Shown piece by piece: positions 23,830 through 32,000 of a stretch of 32,000 nt of DNA. Source of the DNA: Candidatus Scalindua sp. (GTDB taxonomy: Bacteria; Planctomycetota; Brocadiia; Brocadiales; Scalinduaceae). The translations under genes were made by a program, and so were the position numbers. The notes beneath the pieces were generated by a model. It saw nothing but the letters and a program-made list of their open reading frames with translations, had not been told where the DNA came from and searched no databases. Each line of letters begins with the position of its first letter. The first letter of the stretch is position 1. The DNA lies in the NCBI GenBank assembly GCA_031316235.1, contig JALDRA010000001.1, positions 2,820,001 through 2,852,000 on the forward strand, written 5' to 3'.

Positions 23830-24912
23830 TCAATTTCTTAAAAATTCAAAGATACTTTCGGGGATTTTCTGTAATGAAACCGTTTTATCTACTGCACCTA
23901 GTTTGATAGCCTCTTTGGGCATTCCAAAAACTACACAACTCTCTTCATCCTGTGCAATAGTCTTTGCACCTGATTGTTTCATCTTCAGGAGTCCACTAGC
24001 ACCATCAGCACCCATACCCGTCAAAATTACACCAACAGCATTTATACCCGCATACTTCGCTGCGGATTCAAAGAGCACATCTGCAGCAGGTCTTTGGTGA
24101 TGAACCCGTTCTTCCTGGGTCGTTTCTATGCGATACATTGCACCATTTCTTCTTAATTTCATATGGTAATTTCCTGGGGCAATTATTGCTTTCCCAGGGG
24201 TAAGGCTGTCACCATTGCTTCCTTCCGTTACTTTGATAGAACATAACGAATCAAGTCTCTGGGCAAACGCCTTTGTGAAAATTTCCGGCATGTGCTGTAC
24301 TATTGCAATACCGGGTGAATCTGCTGGCATTTGTACCAATAACTCCCTCAAGGCTTCCGTTCCACCAGTAGAAGCTCCTATTACAATTATTTTGTGAGTG
24401 CCTTTAAATAAGCCATGATTTTGCGGCGTTGTTTCTGAATAGTTGAGGGTGGATGAAATCGGTTTATGGGGGATTTTTCTTATTCTACCATTTCCATTAT
24501 TTCCCATTTTTATCCTGGAGGCGATCTTGATTTTACCATATAACTCTTTTATAACACTCTTTACATCACCTGAATGCCGGCTGGTTGGTTTTGCAACATA
24601 GTCAACGGCTCCAGACTCTAAGGCCCTGAGAGTTACATCACAGCCATCCTGAGACAGGGAACTCACCATGATGGTAGGTGTGGGACGGTATGTCATGATT
24701 ATTTTCAAGAAGGTAAGTCCGTCCATTCTCGGCATCTCAACGTCAAGAGTAAGGACATCCGGTTTTAGACTCAGGATTTTGTCTCTTGCTATAAAAGGGT
24801 CTGGTGCAGTTCCTACTATCTCAATATCTTTATATTTGCTTAAGGAGGAGGACAATACTTTTCTTATGACGGCTGAATCGTCTATGATTAATACCTTTGT
24901 CTTGTTTTCCAC
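23830..24912 (-). CDS. cheB: chemotaxis response regulator protein-glutamate methylesterase
   Basis: The N-terminal REC domain reads VLIIDDSAVIRK..DVLTLDVEMPRMDG. The methylesterase motifs are GASTGGTEAL, QHMP and GMGADG. The start is GTG. Confidence 0.92.
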   Translation of the reverse strand: MENKTKVLIIDDSAVIRKVLSSSLSKYKDIEIVGTAPDPFIARDKILSLKPDVLTLDVEMPRMDGLTFLKIIMTYRPTPTIMVSSLSQDGCDVTLRALESGAVDYVAKPTSRHSGDVKSVIKELYGKIKIASRIKMGNNGNGRIRKIPHKPISSTLNYSETTPQNHGLFKGTHKIIVIGASTGGTEALRELLVQMPADSPGIAIVQHMPEIFTKAFAQRLDSLCSIKVTEGSNGDSLTPGKAIIAPGNYHMKLRRNGAMYRIETTQEERVHHQRPAADVLFESAAKYAGINAVGVILTGMGADGASGLLKMKQSGAKTIAQDEESCVVFGMPKEAIKLGAVDKTVSLQKIPESIFEFLRN

Positions 24913-25198
24913 GGACTAATCCTTTCATTAATTGCTCATTGCAAAGTTAACTGTATGCATTCATCAGTTTGGTTACCTTTCTTATGTTGCTGCATTCAGA
25001 ATCTACCCGGCTTTCTTCGGTGACAGATCTTACGAGTTAACTCAAGGTTCAATTGCCTCGTTTTAACATCTTCAGACCGATCTATTCTCATGACTTCTCC
25101 TGCTGAAATTAATGAATAAACCGTTAAGACCTGTCCGATGACAGGAAGGTTTTCTGTGCCACCTGAACACGTGAAGAGATTACCTGGTTTTTGTTCAC

Positions 25199-26761
25199 CT
25201 AAACGCCAACAGCTGCGGTTACTGAGAATGTTGGCGTTATGTCATCTTCGGTCTTCACAATATTTCTTCCACTTTGTTTTGCGAGATACAGTGCCTTGTC
25301 CGCTCTTCGCAGCAAGACCTCTGGCGTATCTGACCTGTTACAAAATGCCACACCTATACTGATAGAAGTAGGAATTGTTTCGTTCTTATCCTTAAAGTCC
25401 AGGAATTCAATATCTGATCGAAATCTTTCGCACAGTTTGTTTACGGATTGTTTATCTATTCTGTCTATTAAGATGACAAATTCTTCACCTCCGTATCTTG
25501 CTGCAAAATCGTTTAATCGAAAGGTTTTCTTAATTACGGCCGAGACTCTTTTCAGTACCTTATCACCTACTATATGTCCATATTCATCGTTGATTTTCTT
25601 AAAATAGTCTATGTCAGCCATGATCAAGGCAAACGATTTCCTGGTCTTAGCGTTTTGCTCAATAGCATCTTCCAATTTCCGGTCAAATGCCCTTCTATTA
25701 AAGAGTTGTGTTAGTCCGTCTATGAGATTTTTCTCTTTGGCTGAGACGAGCTCCTTGTCGAGAGCTTTAACCCTGTGTGTTAACGTTTCTATTGTTTTTT
25801 TATCTCTCTTTTGCTTTTCTAAGACGATTTCCCCTACTTTATCTACTTCAGCCGTTATCTTTTTTCTGATTTCTTTAATCTCATCCAGTTCTATAGCATT
25901 CTCAATATGTGACATGCTGGATTTTATCTGGTCTGAAAAATTGCTGTTGTCCCTGGTTATTGCTCCCAGGTCATCAGCAAAACTCGTGATCAGAGACTTT
26001 AGCTCATCAAATTTTATTTGAATCAACTCTCTGGCTCTTGCAAAATGGGAAGGAATTGTCTTATTAATATCGCTTTCAAGAGCAAGAAACTCTTCTCTGT
26101 TGAATGAAGACCGTATCATTGGGATCCGGTCTCTGATAAAGTCTTCCAATTCTTTCCTCTTTGGCGTGAGACAGCTATCTGAATAGGTATTAATAGCCTG
26201 AAGTATTTCACAAATAATGTCTTTTGCTTTACTGAGAACCTGAAGGTTGCCTGGTGTTTCATGATTGGAGGTAACCTTTTGAGAAAGAACTGCTGATCTA
26301 ATTCCTTGCGCTGAAGGATTACCTGCATTTTTATCAAGAGTTTTCGTACAGAATACATAAAGGAGTAAAAAACCGATGGTAGTAATGAGACTGTTGATGA
26401 TGATAACCTTTAATGAACCAAGTGCTCTGTTTTGAAAACTCTCTTTTTTGGGAACATACAGATTATATGTTGATGCAAGAGATTTCTGTGTAGTGTGAGC
26501 AAGGTTACTGAATGGTATGATTAAATTTTTTTCTGCTTCCAAACTTGTTATGATTTGGTCGCTTTCCTTAATATAGTGTTTTCTCAATCTCCCCAATGCT
26601 TCTTTGTCTTTATTGATCCAGATAGAATCATCAGGTGTTTTATAGGTAAAAAAGTCTTCCGTAGTTTGCATGCTGTTGCGGGTAGGAGAAGAGCGGTAAA
26701 TGATAGATCCGCAGTTACCGAGAAGTGTGACAAATAGTATTAACAGGAGTATGAATCTCAT
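25199..26761 (-). CDS. membrane-anchored diguanylate cyclase (signal/TM, periplasmic segment, TM, long coiled coil, GGDEF domain with GGEEF active site and RxxD I-site)
   Basis: The C-terminal GGDEF domain reads LTQLFNRRAF..ADIDYFKKINDEYGH..RLNDFAARYGGEEFVIL. Hydrophobic segments occur at residues 3-20 and about 118-138. There is no receiver domain. Confidence 0.85.
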   Translation of the reverse strand: MRFILLLILFVTLLGNCGSIIYRSSPTRNSMQTTEDFFTYKTPDDSIWINKDKEALGRLRKHYIKESDQIITSLEAEKNLIIPFSNLAHTTQKSLASTYNLYVPKKESFQNRALGSLKVIIINSLITTIGFLLLYVFCTKTLDKNAGNPSAQGIRSAVLSQKVTSNHETPGNLQVLSKAKDIICEILQAINTYSDSCLTPKRKELEDFIRDRIPMIRSSFNREEFLALESDINKTIPSHFARARELIQIKFDELKSLITSFADDLGAITRDNSNFSDQIKSSMSHIENAIELDEIKEIRKKITAEVDKVGEIVLEKQKRDKKTIETLTHRVKALDKELVSAKEKNLIDGLTQLFNRRAFDRKLEDAIEQNAKTRKSFALIMADIDYFKKINDEYGHIVGDKVLKRVSAVIKKTFRLNDFAARYGGEEFVILIDRIDKQSVNKLCERFRSDIEFLDFKDKNETIPTSISIGVAFCNRSDTPEVLLRRADKALYLAKQSGRNIVKTEDDITPTFSVTAAVGV

Positions 26762-26798
26762 TTGTTAGTATACCGCTTTCTACTTAGGAATTTGTATG

Positions 26799-27650
26799 CT
26801 ATTTTTGATATAGTGCTGGTTGTATGTATTTGAAACCACTCACTCTCTTTGCCAGTGTCTCTGAGTGGCCGATAAAGAGATACCCGTCTTTTGGTAAACA
26901 ATCATAAAATTTAGAGACAAGTCTCTGTTGTGTTTCTGGATCAAAATATATCATCACGTTTCTGCAAAAAATGAAGTCAAAGGGGTTCTTGAATGGGAAT
27001 TTTGGTGTCATAAGGTTAAATCGTCTGTATACAATTAACTCCTTGAGATGGTCATTTACTTTGTAAAGAACAGTATTGTTAAGAGTGACTGGTGAGAAAT
27101 GGGCAGACAGAAGTTCTTGTGGAATATTGTCTATAGCCTCCTTTGTATAAACACCTCTTATGGCCTTTTGTAAGATCTTCGTTGAGATATCTGTTGCAAG
27201 AATCTTTATGTCCCATCTGCTTTCAGGGTTTATATGGTCTAGTACAGTCATGGCCAGTGTGTAAGGCTCTTCACCCGAGGACGATGCAGCACACCAGATG
27301 CGGAGTTTTCTGTTTCTCATCTTCTCCTTCTTTGCGATTAATTCCGGTAAGAGTTTTGTATGGAGAAAATCGAAATGTTTCTTCTCTCTGAAGAAATCTG
27401 TTTTGTTTGTTGATATACTGTCGAGGAGGTGGATTAGTTCTTCACCAGATTTATCGTTTCTCGTGACATATCTATAGTATTCTGCAAAAGAATAGATGCT
27501 CCTGGCTGCAAGACGTTTTGAGAGTCTAGACTTAACTAATTCCTTTTTCGATTGTGCCAGATTTATTCCACTTGTCTTGTAAATAAGATTCCTGAAAAGT
27601 TCAAATTCTTTATTTGATAGAATTGGATGCATTGCATTCTCCTTATTCAT
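26799..27650 (-). CDS. cheR: chemotaxis protein methyltransferase
   Basis: A CheR N-terminal helical domain (FELFRNLIYKTSGINL) precedes the SAM-binding domain (IWCAASSSGEEPYTLAM, CRNVMIYFD). Confidence 0.9.
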   Translation of the reverse strand: MNKENAMHPILSNKEFELFRNLIYKTSGINLAQSKKELVKSRLSKRLAARSIYSFAEYYRYVTRNDKSGEELIHLLDSISTNKTDFFREKKHFDFLHTKLLPELIAKKEKMRNRKLRIWCAASSSGEEPYTLAMTVLDHINPESRWDIKILATDISTKILQKAIRGVYTKEAIDNIPQELLSAHFSPVTLNNTVLYKVNDHLKELIVYRRFNLMTPKFPFKNPFDFIFCRNVMIYFDPETQQRLVSKFYDCLPKDGYLFIGHSETLAKRVSGFKYIQPALYQK

Positions 27651-27751
27651 TGCTAACTGTTAAAGTCTTCCTGTCAACATTCACCTTGTTATACTAACCA
27701 ATTCTATTAATGCTCCTCAATTTCTGCTTTTCGAAGAGACGCAGGACGTGT

Positions 27752-27863
27752 TATACTAAAACCGATTTGGTTTTCGGTTTTTCTGGAAACCAAATCTTGG
27801 TGAAGGTATACTCGCTCCATTTTATCTCGGATTTTATCCGAAAACCATTATGAGATGAGTATA
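27752..27863 (+). repeat. MITE-like dispersed repeat, copy 4 (short form, taken here as the reference copy)
   Basis: The sequence is TATACTAAAACCGATTTGGTTTTCGGTTTTTCTGGAAACCAAATCTTGGTGAAGGTATACTCGCTCCATTTTATCTCGGATTTTATCCGAAAACCATTATGAGATGAGTATA. It lies in the cheD-cheR intergenic region. Confidence 0.85.
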
Positions 27864-27952
27864 TCCATACAAGTTCTGCTGAAAATGTCCAAAATCTTCA
27901 TCAGTCTATTTGATTGTTTCAAGATTAAAGACTCCTTGTCTCTAATCAAAGG

Positions 27953-28441
27953 TTAATACTTCACCGTAGGTTCACCAAGTATGCGGCTTTGTACGATGCC
28001 GGTATGAGTGTCCAGGGAAACTTGGTGTCCCTTTGTACCGCCTAACCTCCTGGCAGAAATCCTTATGCCTAATCTATCTAATATTAAGGTGGTTTCTAAT
28101 ATATTGGATTTACCAATATCAAACATGTCGTTACTGATGTTGAACATTTTCGCCCCACCGAATATCTTGGCTGTTAAGTTTCTTTTATTTGCGTTTGCTC
28201 TGTTTATCATTAAGTCAATCAGAAGAGGGATTCCTGTGTCTGCGTATTTGCTCAGCTTCCCATTTCTATCTTTACATTTTGGAAGCATGAGATGAAGCAT
28301 ACCCCCTATTTTAATTACATTGTCATAGAGAACAACTCCCACACAGGAGCCAAGGCTTGTCCTTAGTATCTTTGGAATACCCGCAACCTTTAATTCTCCG
28401 ACACCTACAGTAACAACGTTTTTGTTTAAAGTGTTAATCAT
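27953..28441 (-). CDS. cheD: chemoreceptor glutamine deamidase
   Basis: The product is 162 aa. The motifs LGSCVGVVLYD and GGAKMF are typical of CheD. Confidence 0.85.
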   Translation of the reverse strand: MINTLNKNVVTVGVGELKVAGIPKILRTSLGSCVGVVLYDNVIKIGGMLHLMLPKCKDRNGKLSKYADTGIPLLIDLMINRANANKRNLTAKIFGGAKMFNISNDMFDIGKSNILETTLILDRLGIRISARRLGGTKGHQVSLDTHTGIVQSRILGEPTVKY

Positions 28442-28537
28442 TCTATGACATGCATTATATTCTGACAGTTTCTATATTTCACTTTAGTTTGTTTTTTGTT
28501 GAAGAGCAGACGGAAAATAAAAATTTTAAATACCAAC

Positions 28538-28569
28538 GACCTGTCTGCCTGTTAGCAGACAGGCAGGTC
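28538..28569 (-). terminator. possible intrinsic terminator after the MCP gene
   Basis: The GC-rich hairpin gacctgtctgcctg-ttag-cagacaggcaggtc offers 9-bp alternative registers. On the minus strand it is followed by GUUGGUAUUUAAAAUUUUUAUUUU. It lies about 55 nt downstream of the MCP stop. Confidence 0.35.
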
Positions 28570-28623
28570 AAAATACCGTTAATTCATATTTTTACATGAT
28601 CTGAAAATATGAATTTCTTGATC

Positions 28624-30996
28624 CTAAAAATCCCTGAATTTCTCATCATATTCCCGGATTGTATCAGAGCCCATTGGTATCAATGACTCTGCCTCTAGCC
28701 TGGATAAACTCTCATCGATATCATCCTCATTATCATGGGCTCTGTTTGACCCCGGTTTTTTGATTGATACCCTCCCCGGGCCGCTTCCGAAGGGCCTCTT
28801 CTTATATTTTATTGTACCGCTTTTTGTTGGTGCAGGTTCATCTTGTTCAGTAACCAATTCTTCACCCACTGCACCACCAACCTGGGCAGATAGGATATTT
28901 ACCAGTTCCATCAGGCTTTGTGCCTGAGCCGACATCTCTTCGCTCGCTGCAGATGTCTCCTCTGCATTGGCAGCGTTCTGCTGGGTTACCTTGTCCATTT
29001 CCGCTATGGCCCTTCCTACCTGGTCAATCCCGTTTGTCTGCTCTTCAGATGCCGTGGATATCTCCTCAATCAAGGTAGTAACCTTATTAACCTTTGTTAA
29101 AATCTCACTGATAACTTCATTACATTTCCCGGAGAGCCTTGTACCTGCATCTGCCTTGTTTACACAATCCTCAATCAATTCTGTTGTGTCCTTTGCCGCA
29201 GACGCGCTCCTCTGCGCAAGGTTCCTCACCTCCTCAGCTACCACTGCAAATCCCTTCCCATGTTCACCTGCCCTGGCTGCCTCTACCGCTGCGTTTAAGG
29301 CAAGCAGGTTGGTCTGGAATGCTATCCCGTCTATCACCTTTATTATGTCTCCAATCTTCTTGCTGCTGGCATTAATATCCTGCATGGCATCGTTCATTTC
29401 TCGCACTGATTCGCTTCCCGTAACGGCTGTCTGGTTGCATTGCGTAGCAAGGTGTGAAGCCTCCTTCGCATTCTCTGCATTCTGTTTCGTCGTTGACGAT
29501 ATCTCTTCCATGGAGGCAGATGTCTCCTCAAGAGATGATGCCTGCTCAGACGTGCCCTCTGCCAGGCTCTGGCTTGAGGATGATACCTCTGCGGATGCTG
29601 ATGCTATTTGGGTAGAACTCTCTGTCAGACTCGAGACCATGCTCTTGATAACATTTGTCACCTTGCCCGTAATCCTCGTAACCAGATATCCCAGGCCTAC
29701 AATAAACGCTATCAGACCGCAGGCAATCGTATACATCTGTCTTGTCAATGCTGCTACCGGACGCAGTATCTCTTCTTCATCAATTTCCGCCATAATCGCC
29801 CACTCCACGTCTTTGATATTAAGAGGTGCATAGGCACTGAGCACCGGTACATTGTGATAATCGGAAAAGATCTCCACATCCGTTTTACCAGAAACAGCCG
29901 CTTGCGTTCCCTTTGTCTCCACCTTTTGGAGCAGTATCGTGCTCCCCTTTGCCTTGATGGCGTCTAATACCTCTTGATTTGTACCCAACCCCTTCATCAT
30001 TGCAAAATAGCCGTCACTGTCTTCAATCAGAAACCGGGACTGGTTCCTCATCTGTAAATCCTTACCAATAAGGTACGTCTCACCCGACTCTCCCAGGCCC
30101 ACACCCTTCCAGTCGTTACCTGATGTCATGACCTGGTTAATCTTATCTATGGGCATCTGGAATAACAGAACACCGACCTTCCTGGAACCATCATATATGG
30201 GTGATGCGATAAAGCTTGCTGCACCCTCATAGGATGGCGGATACGGTTCGAAATCTTCCAGTTTTACATAATTTGGATTGCTGCTGTTATTCGCTTCACG
30301 GAAGACCCTGCCCAGATTGGTCCCCGCATATGGTCCATCCTTCAAAGAGGTGGTAAAGTCTAATTCTTTATATACGCTATAGACGATGTCACCACTATCA
30401 GGGTCGACGAGAAATATGTCATAATACCCGAACTGTTCAAGGAAGTCCCTTATGACAGGATGATATTCTGCGTGAATCCTGCTATAGGTTGACCTGTCAT
30501 CTGCATAATCGAGTTTGTGTTTCTCTCCGAGTTGATTATGGTTCTCCTTTATGTACACATACTGCAGTGCTATTGAATCGTCATCAAGTTGATTGAGATA
30601 GCTGGCTGTCTGGGGGACCTTGCCGTTATTCTGGTTTCTGTATTCTGCAGCAAAATCTCCTGTGTAATAGGACTTCAGGGATGAACGATACTCTTTTAAC
30701 TGAGAGTCAGTAAGTTCATTTTCCTTCTGGAACTCTTTAAAGGCGACCTTGAACTCCTTCATCGCATCAACGACCATCTTGTTTCCGGAAAAGGTGTGCA
30801 CCTGTTTCCTTATGGTAGTAAAGTAGTCTTCTATCTGTTTTTTTTTTGTTTCCCGTACCGAAACAAGCTGGTTAAATGCCTGCTTCTGCAGAGATGTACT
30901 TGCGCTTCTGTTCCCGAGGATTCCCATAACGACAAAGGGTATTATCCCTGCCACGAGAAACAGGGTAATAATCTTTATTCCCATTCCCATTTTCAT
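28624..30996 (-). CDS. methyl-accepting chemotaxis protein with large Cache-like periplasmic sensor domain
   Basis: The product is 790 aa. It has an N-terminal TM segment, a periplasmic region of about 400 aa and a second TM segment. The conserved MA signalling hairpin is [40 protein letters not shown]. An AAGGAG ribosome-binding site precedes the start. Confidence 0.9.
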   Translation of the reverse strand: MKMGMGIKIITLFLVAGIIPFVVMGILGNRSASTSLQKQAFNQLVSVRETKKKQIEDYFTTIRKQVHTFSGNKMVVDAMKEFKVAFKEFQKENELTDSQLKEYRSSLKSYYTGDFAAEYRNQNNGKVPQTASYLNQLDDDSIALQYVYIKENHNQLGEKHKLDYADDRSTYSRIHAEYHPVIRDFLEQFGYYDIFLVDPDSGDIVYSVYKELDFTTSLKDGPYAGTNLGRVFREANNSSNPNYVKLEDFEPYPPSYEGAASFIASPIYDGSRKVGVLLFQMPIDKINQVMTSGNDWKGVGLGESGETYLIGKDLQMRNQSRFLIEDSDGYFAMMKGLGTNQEVLDAIKAKGSTILLQKVETKGTQAAVSGKTDVEIFSDYHNVPVLSAYAPLNIKDVEWAIMAEIDEEEILRPVAALTRQMYTIACGLIAFIVGLGYLVTRITGKVTNVIKSMVSSLTESSTQIASASAEVSSSSQSLAEGTSEQASSLEETSASMEEISSTTKQNAENAKEASHLATQCNQTAVTGSESVREMNDAMQDINASSKKIGDIIKVIDGIAFQTNLLALNAAVEAARAGEHGKGFAVVAEEVRNLAQRSASAAKDTTELIEDCVNKADAGTRLSGKCNEVISEILTKVNKVTTLIEEISTASEEQTNGIDQVGRAIAEMDKVTQQNAANAEETSAASEEMSAQAQSLMELVNILSAQVGGAVGEELVTEQDEPAPTKSGTIKYKKRPFGSGPGRVSIKKPGSNRAHDNEDDIDESLSRLEAESLIPMGSDTIREYDEKFRDF

Positions 30997-31078
30997 AGTT
31001 TACTTTTCTCCTTCTTGGTAGAACCACTGCAAAAATAAAATTAGATGATAAAAACCAGAATACCTGACTGAGATGTTA

Positions 31079-31558
31079 TTACGCTAACTGCTCAACCATC
31101 TCCAACTCATCAGTCGATAGTATCTCGTTGATATCGAGTAGAATGATAATCTTATTTTTTGCCTTACCCAGCCCCATAATAAAGCTCGTATCTATACCGT
31201 GTCCGAATTGCGGAGTATCTTCTACCTCTCCATTCTTGATATCAAGCACCTCAGAGACATTGTCAACCACGACGCCAATCGGCGCATTATTCACCTCAAC
31301 GACGATTATACAGGTCTCTTGTGTATGCTCTACTTCCGGCATCGAGAACTTGAGCCGCAGATCTATTATGGGGATAACCTTACCCCGTAGATTAATGACC
31401 CCTCTCAGGTAATCCGGGGTCTGTGGTACCGGCGTAATGCCGATAACGCCAATGATCTCTCTTACCTTGAGGATCTCGATACCGTACTCTTCTTTGCTGA
31501 GGATAAAAGTCAGAAATTTACCTTCATCAACTATATTTTTTTGTACCGCTGCTTCCAT
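31079..31558 (-). CDS. cheW: chemotaxis coupling protein CheW
   Basis: This is a 159-aa single CheW domain (FLTFILSKEEYGIEILKVREI..PDYLRGVINLRGKVIPIIDLR). An AAGGGGGAAAG ribosome-binding site precedes the start. Confidence 0.9.
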   Translation of the reverse strand: MEAAVQKNIVDEGKFLTFILSKEEYGIEILKVREIIGVIGITPVPQTPDYLRGVINLRGKVIPIIDLRLKFSMPEVEHTQETCIIVVEVNNAPIGVVVDNVSEVLDIKNGEVEDTPQFGHGIDTSFIMGLGKAKNKIIILLDINEILSTDELEMVEQLA

Positions 31559-31683
31559 TTCTTTCCCCCTTCTTTTTATGTATGATTTCGTGTATTACAA
31601 AGAATGTCAGGTACATCATTCGCATTAAAGGTTCCAGCCGTTCAAAGGTAAGATGGAGAATAAAAAGTTTTCTATCAGATTTG

Positions 31684-32000
31684 TTACGCTGCAAGCGCTG
31701 CCTCTTTGATTCCACTTACGTCCAATATTAATCCGACCTTTCCATCACCCAGTATTGCACCACCTGAAATACCTTTGACGCCTTTAAATGTGTCCCCGAG
31801 ACTTTTTATGACAACCTGCTGCTGGCCTAACAGTTCGTCAACCAGTATGCTGAATTTCCCTTCTTCAGTTTCCACAATTACAACGATAGCTTCCCATGGA
31901 TTTGTCTTTTTCGTATCAATATTGTAAAGCTTATGGAGACGAACAAGAGGAAAGAGATTCCCTCTCATATTCACGACTTCCCCCTGATTCTTTATGGTAC
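31684..32000 (-). CDS. cheA: chemotaxis histidine kinase CheA, C-terminal P5 (CheW-like) domain only; 5' part lies beyond the right edge
   Basis: The reverse frame is open to base 32000. It reads ..IKNQGEVVNMRGNLFPLVRLHKLYNI..ILVDELLGQQQVVIKSLG..GGAILGDGKVGLILDV, which is typical of the CheA regulatory domain. Confidence 0.8.
   Translation of the reverse strand, partial: TIKNQGEVVNMRGNLFPLVRLHKLYNIDTKKTNPWEAIVVIVETEEGKFSILVDELLGQQQVVIKSLGDTFKGVKGISGGAILGDGKVGLILDVSGIKEAALAA

Noticed and set aside
24996-25091. 31-codon minus-strand ORF (MRIDRSEDVKTRQLNLELTRKICHRRKPGRF) with an AGGAG Shine-Dalgarno, between the GGDEF gene and cheB
   Set aside because: The ribosome-binding site is good. However, the peptide has no recognisable features and I cannot assess its conservation. 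It is too short to call without ribosome profiling or comparative data.
28967-29833. 288-aa plus-strand ORF, and other antisense ORFs inside the MCP gene
   Set aside because: They lie antisense to the Ala/Ser/Glu-rich MCP signalling domain, which typically leaves long open antisense frames. The translation is low-complexity, and the MCP call on the minus strand is unambiguous.
1-32000. CRISPR arrays, rRNA genes, prophage structural genes and recognisable defence-system genes (RM, TA, CBASS, retron RT and similar)
   Set aside because: I scanned both strands for regularly spaced direct repeats and for hallmark motifs in the ORF translations and found none. The only dispersed repeat is the 112-bp MITE-like family, which is irregularly spaced and occurs in mixed orientation.

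Overview
All coordinates and structures were derived by eye from the sequence and ORF track; no searches or folding programs were run. This is a 32-kb bacterial chromosomal segment of roughly 40% GC. The taxon cannot be established. The gene content (Wood-Ljungdahl carbonyl branch, archaeal-type apgM, pyrBI) is reminiscent of anaerobic autotrophs such as anammox Planctomycetes, but that is only a guess.

Layout, left to right:
- 1-1500: an AT-rich accessory remnant. It holds a partial helical-repeat ORF that runs off the left edge, a GC-rich structured leader in front of it, and an ORF6N-domain gene fragment.
- 1548-10196: housekeeping genes. These are apgM and hom (minus strand), pyrB-pyrI, a Lys-rich hypothetical, tRNA-Leu(UAA) and tRNA-Cys(GCA), two transposase remnants, a class-I PMI-like cupin gene and purN.
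- 10374-21238: an 11-kb acetyl-CoA synthase / corrinoid Fe-S protein cluster on the plus strand. The order is cooC, acsB, clpP-like, acsC, RACo/acsV, cooC, a 607-bp spacer, acsD, acsE, thioesterase. No CODH gene (acsA/cooS) is present.
- 21670-23592: a hybrid sensor kinase.
- 23830-32000: a minus-strand chemotaxis-type cluster. The order is cheA (partial), cheW, MCP, cheD, cheR, a transmembrane GGDEF cyclase and cheB.

Features not explained by the gene list:
- A ~112-bp MITE-like repeat family with four copies, all intergenic. Two copies sit inside the acs and che clusters.
- A 126-bp nested palindromic element that overlaps the hom stop codon.
- A three-helix, mutually exclusive RNA-switch-like leader whose imperfect pairs are G.U only on the minus strand.
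- A ClpP paralog inside the acs operon whose catalytic Asp position reads Asn.
- A long-spacer (about DD82E) Tc1/IS630-type transposase pseudogene.
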